This document shows, piece after piece, positions 22,777 through 33,630 of a stretch of DNA of 64,000 nucleotides. How positions within the stretch are numbered: the stretch's first letter is position 1; each line of letters opens with the position of its first letter. The DNA lies in NCBI GenBank assembly GCA_963788655.1, contig CAWBHS010000050.1, positions 16,954 through 80,953 on the forward strand, in the 5' to 3' direction. The position numbers were made by a program, and so were the translations under genes. This stretch comes from an uncultured Verrucomicrobiae bacterium (GTDB taxonomy: Bacteria; Verrucomicrobiota; Verrucomicrobiia; Limisphaerales; JAFGQR01). The notes beneath the pieces are model-generated. The model was given only the letters and a program-made list of their open reading frames with translations. It ran no database searches and was not told the DNA's origin.

Positions 22777-23670
22777 TCACGGCTTCAAACGGATCACCGC
22801 TTCCACCGGGTAGTGGTCAGAGGGATAACGTCCGCCGTCATTCGTGTAATCGATCATGGCGTTCAATGTGGCAAACTCAGGCGTGTGAATGATCCAATCG
22901 ATCCGGCTGCCCGCGCGCCCACCGGTCCACCCGTGAAAGGACGCTTCGTTGGGCGAACGCTCCGGATGGATGACCCGAAAGCTGTCCACAAATTCAGGGC
23001 CGCCGAAGCCCTTTCCCTTGACCAGCACCTGGTAGGGTTGGCCGTCTTCCGTCGTATTGAAATCACCGCACAGAATGCCGGGATATTGTCCGGCCAGTTC
23101 CGCCGCCTTCCGACGTATCAATTTGGCGGACTCGATCCGCGCCTGCACACCGCGATGATCGAAATGCACATTGGCAAACACAAAGGGTTGCCCATCGCCA
23201 CGCCGGTCGCGCAAGACCACCCAGGACAACATGCGCGTCAGCGCGGTGTCCCAGCTTTTGCTTCCCGGCACCTCGGGCGTTTCGCTCAACCAAAAGAAGC
23301 CCGAATCCACGAGTTCGAAACGATTGGTCTTGAACATGACCGGCACGAATTCGCCCTGGTTGGAGCCGTCCTCGCGGCCGACGCCGTGAAATGCATAGCC
23401 GGGCAACTGGTCGCGCAAAAAGGCCGCCTGAAAATCCAACACCTCCTGCGTGCCCAGCAAATCCGGATCAAACGTCTTGATGGTTTGCACGACCAGTTCC
23501 CGGCGCAGCGGCCAGTTGTTGGTGCCGTCCTTGGCCTGGCCATAACGGATGTTGAAACTCATGACTTTAATCGGTGGATTCGCCGCGGCTCCGTTCGTCA
23601 CGCTGGTCAACCAAACTGCGGTTGCCACCAAGCCCGCAAATACTACGAGAATCGAGTGCTTCATGATCAT
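22777..23670 (-). CDS. Secreted endonuclease/exonuclease/phosphatase family protein
   Basis: VMSFNIRY, DLLGTQE, NVHFDH, GDFN, RIDWI, PSDHYPV. Confidence 0.9.
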   Translation of the reverse strand: MIMKHSILVVFAGLVATAVWLTSVTNGAAANPPIKVMSFNIRYGQAKDGTNNWPLRRELVVQTIKTFDPDLLGTQEVLDFQAAFLRDQLPGYAFHGVGREDGSNQGEFVPVMFKTNRFELVDSGFFWLSETPEVPGSKSWDTALTRMLSWVVLRDRRGDGQPFVFANVHFDHRGVQARIESAKLIRRKAAELAGQYPGILCGDFNTTEDGQPYQVLVKGKGFGGPEFVDSFRVIHPERSPNEASFHGWTGGRAGSRIDWIIHTPEFATLNAMIDYTNDGGRYPSDHYPVEAVIRLKP

Positions 23671-24001
23671 CCAGGCACGATAGAGAATGCCTTGGTCCGA
23701 CTCAAACAAATCGCGTCCGGCAATCGTCGCGTGGAATCGCGACCGAATCGACTCGGTGCGATGGTCTGGTGTCTGTCCCAGACCATTGCGCTTTGTCCAA
23801 GAACAAGACACGGCCCGGCCTTGATTTGTTGACACTCCTCCGTCGTGGCCTTGACCCAGTAAAATGTTTGGCCCGCCCTGTAGAATATTTTCGCGGGAAT
23901 GCCCCGTATTCAGCACAGTTCGCCGCAGAAAAATCACGTTCTCACAAGGGTGGCATCGTCGCTGCTAAAAGGTTGATCGTGCGGTAAATGACTAGTGCTT
24001 T

Positions 24002-24105
24002 AAGCGGGTAGAATTTTCGGCTCATTGGACCACGCACCTCACTCTGAGCCTCCCGGCGCAAATGCTGGACCCCCTTCTACCCGCTTTTTGCTTTTGGGGG
24101 AAGGC
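24002..24105 (+). other. Candidate structured RNA or terminator-like element (three-way junction)
   Basis: 12-bp perfect IR AAGCGGGTAGAA/TTCTACCCGCTT encloses stems GGCTCA/TGAGCC and CCGGCG/TGCTGG, followed by a T-rich tract. Confidence 0.35.
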
Positions 24106-24250
24106 GCTGGCAGTCCAAGTAACGAAGCAATCCAGAACGCACGCTAACACTCTCACGAAACATTCACGCCACTTTAACTCAGGCGCAGCACGTTTGGTGT
24201 CACCCCGTAAGCGGTGAAACAAGCAGGCCCACAACTACTGGACTACCACG

Positions 24251-27029
24251 TCACTGAAGACAAACCACGCTGCCATTTTCCAGCGCGGCGTAAATGCGTC
24301 CGTAGGCCGCGGCCAAACCGTCATACACGGTAGGCGCAGCCAGTTTGAAACTGTTGTCTCCAGTTTTCAACTCGCCCTTCAAGGTGGCGGTCAGCAGCGT
24401 TCCATTGGCTTCCAACACTGCGGCATCCTTGGTGGTGCCCTTGTAAATTCTGCCGGCATCAAAAACTGCCGGCGGCTTGGTAATCCACCGCCTTGGTCTG
24501 GCGAATGCCGTAGCCCCACAAACCTCGGGGCACGGCGAGACCGGGTGCGGCGTAATCCAGACTGCCCAAGGCGAGGTGGCAATCGCCATTCAGTGGATTG
24601 AATTGCCAACGCGACATGGCGACCAAGGGACCGTCTTTGACCAGCATATCGATACACTCAAAGTCGAGGCCCACCTTTTGTCGCAGAGCGCTGTTGGTCG
24701 TGGGCAGCAGCATGCCATACCATCCTTTAAGATCGAGTTGGTTGATGTTCGTCTGCCAAATCAGCTCACCGCTGCCGGTCTTGAGCGCACCCACGTAGAT
24801 ACCGGTTTCAGACCGCGGGTGCCGGCCCGCGGCAAAGTAGGCAATCCCGTCCGCGACCAGCACGCTGCCGGGGACCGGCCACGGCGATTCCATCTGGCCA
24901 TACGCGGGAATTCGTGCCTCGCCGGGCGCCGCTCGAAATTGCCACGCCAATTCCCCGTTGGCGGCGTTCAGGCAATACACGTTGCCATCGTGCGCGCCAA
25001 ACAGGCATAAGCCATCGGCAAGGGTTGGCGGAGTGTCAATGCGTCCACCCGCCGTGAAGCTCCATAGCGGTTTACCGGATTGGGCGTCCAGGGCCACCAC
25101 GCGATGCTCGTCCGGCGCGGCCACGATCACGCGGTTGCCGGCCACCACCGGCGGTGTCACTGGGCTGCGGACGAAAGGATTGTCGCGCCACTCTCCCTCG
25201 AGGGCGTTGGACTTGGTCAACGTCACTTGGGCTGTCCATTTCGGTTGCCAGGAAGCGCTCGCCAGTTTCATCGACGTGCTGCCGCTCCGGAAGGGGTCAT
25301 GCCGGTACATCGGCCATTCATCGGCCGGGCCGGGACCGGATTGCCGGGCGGCGGACTGGCCGAATGCCGGTCCCTTTTTCAACCGCGGACCTTCGGTCAC
25401 GGTCGGGGTCAACGTCGGACTCAATCCCATGTAACCGCGGAGCATGGGAAAACATTCACACTGGACGGGGAAGGTGTTGAGCAAGCCGTTCGCGGGGATG
25501 AACGGCAGTCGGCAGGCGCTCTTGAACATGCGCGCTTGCTCCTGGATGCCGGAGCTCAGGTCGGTGAATTCGCACTCGGGCGCGATGAAGAACCGCTCGG
25601 TGGCCACGGGCGTGGCGCAGTGTTTGCCGCGGCTGCCCCATTCCTGCTGCTGTTGGCCGGTGCGAGGATCCAGTCCGGCGATGGTGTTTTTTCCCATTTG
25701 CAGCCAGAGCAGATCCTGCGCGAAAAAGCCGCGCGCTTCCTGGTAATGGGTCTGGTCCGTGCGATAATCGCGGTGCCACAGCAACTGGCCATCCTTCCCG
25801 GAATAGACCAGCACCCCGCAACCTTCAGGATCATTGCGCCACGTGGATTTTTCCAGGACCAGACAGCCCTGGCCGTAGGTGACCGTGGACGCCGGAATGG
25901 CCTGCTCGTCGAGAGTGCGCCAGCGTTCCTGGCCGGTTTCCACGTCAAAGCTGGCCACCACATTGCTCGCCAAACAAAAGAGACTGCCATCGCCGGCGAC
26001 GATACGTTCGGCGGTGATCGGCACTTCCCATTTGAGACTTTGCGACGGCAGGTAATAAGCGCGCACGACATCCTGGTCCGAAACCACCAGGGTGTTGCCT
26101 TCGACCAACAATTCCCGGGGCTTGGTGACGGCGCCCAATTCGGAGGCAGTTTGGCCGGTAGCCGCGTCGAGCGCCATCAACTTGCCTTCGGCGGCCACAT
26201 AGACGCGGTCGCCCACCGCCACGGGCCGGACTTTCGAGGTGCGCGAACCGAGCTTGGCTTTGGCTTGCAGAAAGCTCGGCACCGGTACACCGGTTTCCCG
26301 AAAGGAGTAGGCCTTGATCTTTCGTTTCCAAAGCAGCGATCCGTTGAACGCGTCGCGAGCGGTCATTTCGTTTTCGTAGGTATAGAAGTTCCGTCCGTTC
26401 GCGGAAACGAGCACATGATCGTAATACCATTTCTTGCCATAAGGATCCTGCGCCGGTCCGGCCACCCAGCGTAATCCCTTGGGCACCCCGACGGCCAGGT
26501 CGCGCGAAACCATGTTGCCGTCCGCGCCGTGCCGCCAATGGGTCCATTCGTCAAACGCCGCCGGCCAGAGTTTGTGGAGTTCGGTCCAGTCGTTACCGTG
26601 GCGAATCCAGGCGGTGCCGTTGGGAACCAGCACACGTTTGAGTTCAGCTTCCGAAATCTTGCCGGGATTCTCCGCTACCAGCACGTTAATCACGTTGTCC
26701 GGGTAGGGCAATTGCGCGGCGGTCCATTGCTCGACGGAAACCACGCCATAAATCCCACGTTGCTGCAAGGCTTCGCGGGCGACGCTGACGTTGTGCGGAT
26801 TGCTCTCCAAAGCGTGGACGAGCAATTTGCCGCCTGCGGCCAATCGCGCCGAGAGTTCCCCCTCGCCGCAACCCAGGTGGACACAGATGCCGCGAGTGCC
26901 GTTCACCGCGCGAAGCATGGCACTCAATGAGGCGGTGCCTTGAGCCGGCACGCTGTCGGCGGAAGCCAGCAGCAGCGCCGCGACCGTCAAAATCAATGAG
27001 AACCGAAGACCACGAAACCAGTTATTCAT
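24251..27029 (-). CDS. Secreted PQQ-like/BamB-type beta-propeller protein with N-terminal methyltransferase-like domain; frameshift ~24485
   Basis: GICVHLGCGEG, DEWTHWRHGADGN, ARDAFNG.LLW, EWPMYRHD, GRIDTPPT, ESPWPVPG; the C-terminal frame ends DGLAAAYGRIY..LENGSVVCL. Confidence 0.8.
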
Positions 27030-27104
27030 ATACTCAAGTAGCAGGTGTTTTCAGACGGCCGACCTTAAGCCATTGAGCCGAAGAGTCAACCCAGGGAAAA
27101 ATGG

Positions 27105-27550
27105 CTCGCGGCGGGTGAAGGGGTGGCATATCACGAAGTGGACGGTCGTAACCATGGCAGCGGCGAGTTGAACCGAGCCGGGGGCGACCTCGATAAGTTC
27201 CGGAAGGATGAGAATGTGGACATCTCTTACACCAACGATGATTGGGACAACAGCAGGTTTAATCGGGTGCCCCAGGAACTTGGACGGCTTTACCTGGGTT
27301 GGACCGCGCCGGGCGAATGGGTCCGCTACACGGTCAACATCGAACGCTCCGGCACGTACACGGTGGGCGTGATGTTTACCGCTCGTTATGCCGGTTCAAT
27401 TCAGTTGGAATGCGATGGTCAGCCGGCGGGTGATCCCATTCGGCTGACCTCAACCGCCGATGATCGCGATGAACGGCGCAATTGGCATCATTGGAACTAC
27501 CATGAAGAGAAGAGCGCCATCAAACTGCCGGCTGGCCGCCATATCACTTG
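27105..27550 (+). pseudogene. CBM6-like carbohydrate-binding module fragment
   Basis: GEGVAYHE...VDISYT...LGWTAPGEWVRYTVN..SGTYTV...LPAGRH; it lacks a start/signal and runs into the convergent gene. Confidence 0.55.
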
Positions 27551-29499
27551 CTCAACGCTTCCGCGCGGTGGGCCAGTTCTTTCGCCATTCCGCTGAAGAT
27601 CAACGCATGGATGGGATAGAGCAGATACCAGTAAAGCAGTCCCGCCAAGCCGCGTGGGGCAAAGAACGCGGTTTGCGAGAGACGCGAAGTGCCCGCGTCC
27701 ACTGGCTCGACTTCGAATTCCAGCCAGGCGCGTCCGGGCACCTTCATTTCGGCGCGCAGACGCAACCGGCGATCCAGTTCAACGGTTTCCACGCGCCAGA
27801 AATCCACAGCGTCTCCCGCGCGGAGTGTCTGCGGATCGCGGCGTCCGCGCCGCAAACCCACGCCTCCCAGTAAGCGATCCATGAAGCCGCGCACGCTCCA
27901 GGCCCAGTTCATATACAACCAGCCAGTGTCGCCCCCCAAGCCCGAGAAAATCCGATAGACTGAGGAAGCCGGAGCGGCCACGACACGCTGGCGCCGTTCG
28001 AAGATGATGCCTTCCTGGGTTGCGAGCACCACTGGGGCAACGTCCCCCTGGCTGCTCGACAAGGCATCGCTCCAGGCCGTTTCCACATGGCCGGTGTCGA
28101 GATTGGCAAGCGCCCGGCGCACCGCCGTGGCGTAGTCGAACAGTTTGATTTGAGGGAAAAGCTCTTTGGCCAGTTCGTCCCGCACGATCACATCATTGCG
28201 CAAGCCTTGAATCAGCGGTCGTACGATTACCGCCGGCACGGGTGTAACCAGATGGACCCAGTAGGAGGAGAGGCGCGGGGTGAGCACCGGCACGGGGATG
28301 AGCCAACGCTTCAAACCGCGCGCCTTCGCATAGCCGCGCAGCAAATCACCGTAGGTCAGGATATCAGCGCCGCCGATTTCAATGATCCGCCCCGTGCTGG
28401 CCGGCGTGCGCAAGGTGGCCACCAGATAGTCGAGCACATTGCGGATGGCGATGGGTTGCACACGCGTGTAGAGCCAGCGCGGACAGATCATGATGGGCAA
28501 ACGCTCCGTCAGGTAGCGAATGATTTCGAATGAGAGACTCCCGGAGCCGACAATTACTGGCGCGCGAAACTCGGTTACCGGCACGCCACTTTCGCGCAAT
28601 GCAACCCCCGTCTCTTGCCGCGAACGCAGATGTTCGGACAACGCAGTGTCGGAATCGCCCAGGCCGCCCAGGTAAACAATGCGCTGCACGCCGGCCGCCT
28701 TGGCCGCCATGGCAAAAGTTCGCGCGGCCAGCACGTCACGTTGCTCAAAGTCATGACCGCCAGCCATGCTGTGGACCAGGTAGAACGCCACGTCCACACC
28801 GGCCATCGCCGGAGGCAGCGTTTCGGCACGCAGGCAATCACCGGTCACCACCTGCACTTGCCCGCACCAGGACCTTCCTTGCAACCGCGCCGGATCGCGC
28901 GCCAGACAGCGCACGCGGCAACCGGCCTCAAGCAAACGCGGCACCAACCGGCCACCGATATAACCGGTCGCGCCAGTGACAAGAACGGATGGCGAGTCAG
29001 TCATGAGGTCTGGGTAAACTGGCAACCATTTGACGCAACAGGTTGGGGGAGCCGGCGAATGAAAGAGTTCACCCAACCGCTGTCGTCGATATTGGAATAT
29101 GCGTTCGACGTCGCGTCGTACAAACAGCCGATGGATCAGAGTTCCTCCACGCGGGTGATAACGAACGTGATCGGAGCAAAGCGTACCGCCATCGCTTTCG
29201 ATAAAACTGTGCGTGTGCTGCCACAAGGCGTAAGGCCCACGCACTTGGACATCCACGAATTGGTAAGGTGGTGTCCACACCGTGATTTCGGTGCGCCAAC
29301 GCAGGGGAATTCCATGCACCCGGATGCGGTAGTCGATGAGCGTCCCGGCCCGCATGGGGATCGGCGCGGGCGTCAACACTTCGAAGCGCAGCCAGGGTGG
29401 CGTGAGGACTTCCAGGTTTGTTGCTTCGGCGAAGAAGCTAAACACCTCGTCCCTTGGGCGCGGCAGCCAAAGCTCCGCTTGCAGCATGAACTCTTTCAT
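27544..29499 (-). CDS. In-frame SRPBCC domain + YbjT-like NAD(P)-binding oxidoreductase with DUF2867 (SDR part could start at 29004)
   Basis: FFAEATNLEVLTPPW...FVDVQVRGPY..WQHTH (SRPBCC); VLVTGATGYIGGRLV, YLVHSM, LSEHLRSR, GDAVDFWRVE, AEMKVPGRAWLEF. Confidence 0.85.
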   Translation of the reverse strand: MKEFMLQAELWLPRPRDEVFSFFAEATNLEVLTPPWLRFEVLTPAPIPMRAGTLIDYRIRVHGIPLRWRTEITVWTPPYQFVDVQVRGPYALWQHTHSFIESDGGTLCSDHVRYHPRGGTLIHRLFVRRDVERIFQYRRQRLGELFHSPAPPTCCVKWLPVYPDLMTDSPSVLVTGATGYIGGRLVPRLLEAGCRVRCLARDPARLQGRSWCGQVQVVTGDCLRAETLPPAMAGVDVAFYLVHSMAGGHDFEQRDVLAARTFAMAAKAAGVQRIVYLGGLGDSDTALSEHLRSRQETGVALRESGVPVTEFRAPVIVGSGSLSFEIIRYLTERLPIMICPRWLYTRVQPIAIRNVLDYLVATLRTPASTGRIIEIGGADILTYGDLLRGYAKARGLKRWLIPVPVLTPRLSSYWVHLVTPVPAVIVRPLIQGLRNDVIVRDELAKELFPQIKLFDYATAVRRALANLDTGHVETAWSDALSSSQGDVAPVVLATQEGIIFERRQRVVAAPASSVYRIFSGLGGDTGWLYMNWAWSVRGFMDRLLGGVGLRRGRRDPQTLRAGDAVDFWRVETVELDRRLRLRAEMKVPGRAWLEFEVEPVDAGTSRLSQTAFFAPRGLAGLLYWYLLYPIHALIFSGMAKELAHRAEALSK

Positions 29500-29510
29500 A
29501 ATCCGTTTTG

Positions 29511-29765
29511 TCACTTGGCCAGTCTCGCCGGCTGACGCAGCCGATCCAAAGCCGTCCCCAATTGCGCAAGGTCATCAACTAAAACGGCACCGAGCGGGAT
29601 CAACACCTCACGGTAGGCCGGCATGGCGCGCCCGCCAACAACCAAAGCGATCTCCGCCGGCAACAAGTCACGCAGCCGGGTCAGTTCGTCCGCCAGTTCC
29701 GCATCGTCTTCCGGATAGACCAGGCTCAAGGCCACCGCTCGCGCCTGCTTTTGCCGCGCGGCGCC
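29511..29765 (-). pseudogene. C-terminal fragment of a cobalamin-binding (CarH/LitR-like) regulator
   Basis: ARQKQARAVALSLVYPEDD..L..EL..LR.LLP....LVVGGRA is the end of a B12-binding Rossmann domain; the N-terminus is absent. Confidence 0.65.
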
Positions 29766-29878
29766 CGCTCGACCTGGCGAAGGTCACGTCGGTAGGCTTC
29801 CTGATTTCCGACAAGCAAGCGGGCGCTTTTGACTTGGAAGTAGCTTGGATCAAAGTCATCCAAGCCGCCCGCAGATGA
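29765..29878 (+). pseudogene. C-terminal fragment of a CIA30-family protein
   Basis: PLDLAKVTSVGFLISDKQAGAFDLEVAWIK matches the CIA30 C-terminus. Confidence 0.65.
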
Positions 29879-29910
29879 GATCCTGTTGCGATGGTTTGTA
29901 TCGTTCCGCC

Positions 29911-31125
29911 TTAAGGAACGTGATTGGTGACATGTTCGGTGCTCACGATGCAGTTCCGCTGGTCAAACAGGTTGAAGTAATAGACCTGCGTGCCCTCCGG
30001 CAGGGTGGCCGTAACGCGATCTTCAGTCAGGTCCGCCGGGATGGATTCCCATTTCCGGTCCTGCCAACGCCCGGTATCTTTGGTGAAGTTCAATACAGCT
30101 TTCGCCATCGGAAGCTTTGCTGAATAGGTCGTCCAGACTTTGGTTCCATCGCTTCCCGAGCCAGTGATGGTCGCCAGCGGAGTTCCACCCTTGAGAATGT
30201 TGTCGGCAAAGACGCGAATCTCCTCGGGATTCTCGCCGGCGCCGCCATGGCCATGGGGCATGCGCAGCCGGATACACAAGGTGGGTGGACCGGTGGGCAG
30301 GCGATACGAACGCTGCAACGCATTCATCGTATAAGCGAAGTCATTGCTGCCGGTAACCCACAGCAATGGCATTTCGGCGTGTTTCAAGTAAACGGACGGA
30401 TCCCACCAAGCCATCCACTGGTTGGCGCGTTCTTCACCAAGAGCTGCCAGTTCCTTTTCGAACACCGTGTCCCGATAGAAACCGCACCCGTACACCGGCA
30501 CCGCCAGTTTGAACCGCGGATCCACACCCGCGACGATGCACGTCAGGTAACCGCCCCAGGAAATACCGGTGATGCCGGTGCGCGCCGGGTCCACCGTCGG
30601 CAGCGAACGAATCAACGAGTGCGCGAGGACAACGTCCGCCACCGCTTGATAGGTCCATTGATCCTTCTGCGGCCAATCCATCTGGTTGAATCCACCCCAG
30701 CCGGGCGGGCCGCCTTGCGGGTCGTGGACGAACCGGCCATAGTTGCCAACGGGCACCTGGCCGCAGGTATCCATGGCGATCGCGGCGTAACCACGCCCCA
30801 CCCACAAACGCACCCACTCCTCGAACGCGGTGCCACCACCGCCGTGAACCAACACCATGGCTGGCAACTTTTCTTTCGAATTCGATTCGGGAATTCCCAG
30901 CCAGGCAAATACCCGGGTCGGGCGGCCTTGAAACGGCAGCCCGGTGAAGCTGATCGCCCGCACCTTGTCGGCTTTCGGCCACTGCAAATACTCCCATTGC
31001 GGCACGTCGGCCAGTTGGGGCATGTCCCAGGGAGTGGTCGTGTCGGCCACCGCAGCCGGTGCGACGGTGGGACAGAAAATCAGGACCACCCAAATCAGTG
31101 CTGTAAAAAAGATGCGCAAGTTCAT
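29911..31125 (-). CDS. Secreted alpha/beta-hydrolase (acetylxylan esterase-like)
   Basis: Signal peptide, VLVHGGGG, GISWGG nucleophile elbow, PVYGCG, WDPS, MPHGH. Confidence 0.85.
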   Translation of the reverse strand: MNLRIFFTALIWVVLIFCPTVAPAAVADTTTPWDMPQLADVPQWEYLQWPKADKVRAISFTGLPFQGRPTRVFAWLGIPESNSKEKLPAMVLVHGGGGTAFEEWVRLWVGRGYAAIAMDTCGQVPVGNYGRFVHDPQGGPPGWGGFNQMDWPQKDQWTYQAVADVVLAHSLIRSLPTVDPARTGITGISWGGYLTCIVAGVDPRFKLAVPVYGCGFYRDTVFEKELAALGEERANQWMAWWDPSVYLKHAEMPLLWVTGSNDFAYTMNALQRSYRLPTGPPTLCIRLRMPHGHGGAGENPEEIRVFADNILKGGTPLATITGSGSDGTKVWTTYSAKLPMAKAVLNFTKDTGRWQDRKWESIPADLTEDRVTATLPEGTQVYYFNLFDQRNCIVSTEHVTNHVP

Positions 31126-31160
31126 TCAACGACAACGATGTAGAAATAATTGCTGGCACG

Positions 31161-32158
31161 TCAATGGCGTTTGGGGCTTGCCGCTGAAGGCGCGAGGCGG
31201 ATCGCCGCTCGGATTCCTTTCAATTGCGCCAACTGTTCGGGCGCCAGGGAACCAATCGGTCCCTGCTCCGGATTCCAATTGGGCCCCATGTCCAGGGTGA
31301 CAACGCCCTCCTTGGCCACCACCGCCTTGACCCAGTCCGCCCATTGTTGAGTGGAAAACCGCGTGTCACGGCGCCCCCAACTGGAACCGACGTACGTCAA
31401 GGCATGCCATTGCGAGCCACTCAACCAACGCGAGGACGGGCGGACGGTCAAAGGCTCGTTCAATTCGCCCGCCGTGTAGTCTTCGGCGTCGGTGTAGTGA
31501 ATGACTCGGACGCCTGGATTGAACGTTACGATGGCCTTTGGGTTGCCGTGCTTGACGGCCTGGGCATACACCTGAGCGATGGCGTTGTTGAAGTGAATGT
31601 GTTGGTAACCGCCGTCAAACCACCACCCGGCCACTTTGTCGCCGTAACGGTCCCGGACCATTCCTGGATGACCTCAGCCCATTTCTTCGCGAACTCGAGG
31701 CTGAGCGGTTGGTCTTGCGGGCCTTCGCGCAACCCGAAAGCGCGCTGGGCCCGGGCATCCCGGTTGGGAACCTGGCACGGCAGGTAAAGCATCAGCTTGA
31801 TTCCCTTGGCGTGAAGCGCGTGGAACAAGTCCAGAGGCAGGTCGCGAGTGGAGCATCTCTCGCCAGGCTGATAACCGGTGTAACGGTTGTAAGTGGCGTT
31901 GGGAGAGTTGAGGTAGCCGGAGTTCTGACCCAGCGTGATGACAAAATACCGCGCGCCGGCTTCGACCAGTTGTTGCGCCAGCACTTCGACGTCGAAGTCC
32001 TTGACCTGCGCGAGTTGCCGGTCATTTCCCGGAAGCAAATGCATGAAGACACCGTAGTGGGCGTCTTTAAACCAGTCCGTGTTTGGATTGTTGGATTCGG
32101 CCTGCCCCAGCGAGGACAAGAGAAGCAGTGGCAGGAGGATGGTGGTGACGCGGTTCAT
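31161..32158 (-). CDS. Alpha-L-fucosidase (GH29)-like protein; frameshift ~31660
   Basis: WFKDAHYGVFMH, FDVE, GARYFVITLGQ, RDLPLDL; then RYGDKVAGWWFDG, EDYTAGE. Confidence 0.75.
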
Positions 32159-32222
32159 GGTTTTAAAGTGAGGAGTGCATTGGTTAATGTCGGGGCGAAG
32201 CCAGACGGAACAGGGAGTTGTT

Positions 32223-33282
32223 TCAGCCTCCTTGCACGTCGGGATTCATGTAGCGCTCCAGCAGTATCCTGCTGCAGAGCTTTACCTTCTCCCTGTCTTT
32301 AATCCGTCCGATCAAGCGATGATAGCTGTAGAGCACTTTGAACAGGTGTCCTTCGGCAATCCAATCCCCATTGGGGTTGTCGTTCAGGTTCTGCTTCCGA
32401 CGCCAGCGGTCCTGGTTCTTTGGATCGTTCCAAAAGTCTTTGCTCATGACGGCCTTCAGCGTCGCGCGATTCGGGGACGCGTCGGTCGCCGGATCGAATT
32501 CAGGAACCGGAGCCCCAATATGAGTTCGGTGCCCGGCATGGCCGGCTTTGGCCAGCTCCGGATACCCCATCATATCGAGATTCATCAAAGCCTCGGTGTG
32601 GGTTGTCATGTGCGTGAAATTCGGTCGTCGGATTGAAGGTCGGCCCAGCAACCCCTTGAATCGCGCCAAGCTGTCGAAGGTCGCCTCAATCATGGCCTGC
32701 GTATCGGATATAGGCATTGGAATTGACCGGCGGCTGCGGCCGGATTTTGGCGATCTGATGACTGAGTCCGCATAATCTTTTGACGAGTGCGGGTTGGGCC
32801 ATGTGGGGCACGTCGCGCAATGCCTTGACGGACAGAGACGTGAAAATCACAGCGTGACCATGGGCACGCAAGCCGCCCTGCATGGCCGGCAGCAGTGCCT
32901 TGGGGACCTCCTCGATCAGCGCCCGATCCGCCGGTTCCTTCGCGAGGGGGGCGAATTGCGCCGCCCGCAGTCTGATCACAGTATCCAACTGACTCTTGAT
33001 GCCAAGCGTCGTTGCTTCGCCGAGGTGGTTGTCCCGGCACAAATAGTAGCCAGCGAGAACGCCCGCCCCCCAATGGGCATCGAACCAGCCCTCGGCCCGG
33101 ACCATTCCCGTTAGACCTCTCACCAGATAGGAATCGTCCAAGGCGGCACCGTTGCTCGATTCGGTTTCCGCGGCTCGGGCGGAGTCCGCGATTACTCCGG
33201 GAATGCCAAGTCCACCGATGATGCCCGCCGAAAGCTCGAGGAATTCTTTTCGATTCATTGTGCATTTCTCAATTCGCTTCAT
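32223..33282 (-). CDS. Tat-exported hypothetical protein; frameshift ~32715
   Basis: MNRKEFLEL Tat-like motif; His-rich motifs (DAHWGA, RAHGHAVIF, THMTTH, GHLFK). Confidence 0.6.
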
Positions 33283-33288
33283 TTGTTA

Positions 33289-33417
33289 ACCCAACAATTG
33301 GGATGAGTGACCGCCGCCGACAGAACCGGTGGAGCGCACGAGGCACTCTCGAGTCGCCGTCGGACATCGAGCGGAAGCCCAAGACGGCGCTGCGTCTCCA
33401 CCAAGCAGATGACGGCA
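33289..33417 (-). other. Degenerate attC-like site
   Basis: Minus strand ...GGCGGCGGTCACTCATCCCAATT GTTGGGT TAACAA ATG: R' box 6 nt before a start codon; the left half is decayed. Confidence 0.45.
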
Positions 33418-33630
33418 TACCGGGATCAAATCATGCACAGGCAATTGCCAGCGCAAGCTATGTTCTCCGAGAGATTCGCTTCCTCAACCGGCTAATGCAA
33501 CCGCCAATGGTCAGCATCCCGACGGTTCCGATGACGATACCCGGCAAAGCCGACATGACTTCGTGTTTTCCATCCAAATGAGTCAGGATCATCACCAATA
33601 TCGTCCATCGACTGGTTGGGCGGTGTTGCC

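Noticed and set aside
24002..24090. Hammerhead ribozyme or known riboswitch
   Set aside because: No CUGANGA/GAAA core in the right arrangement and no recognisable aptamer consensus.
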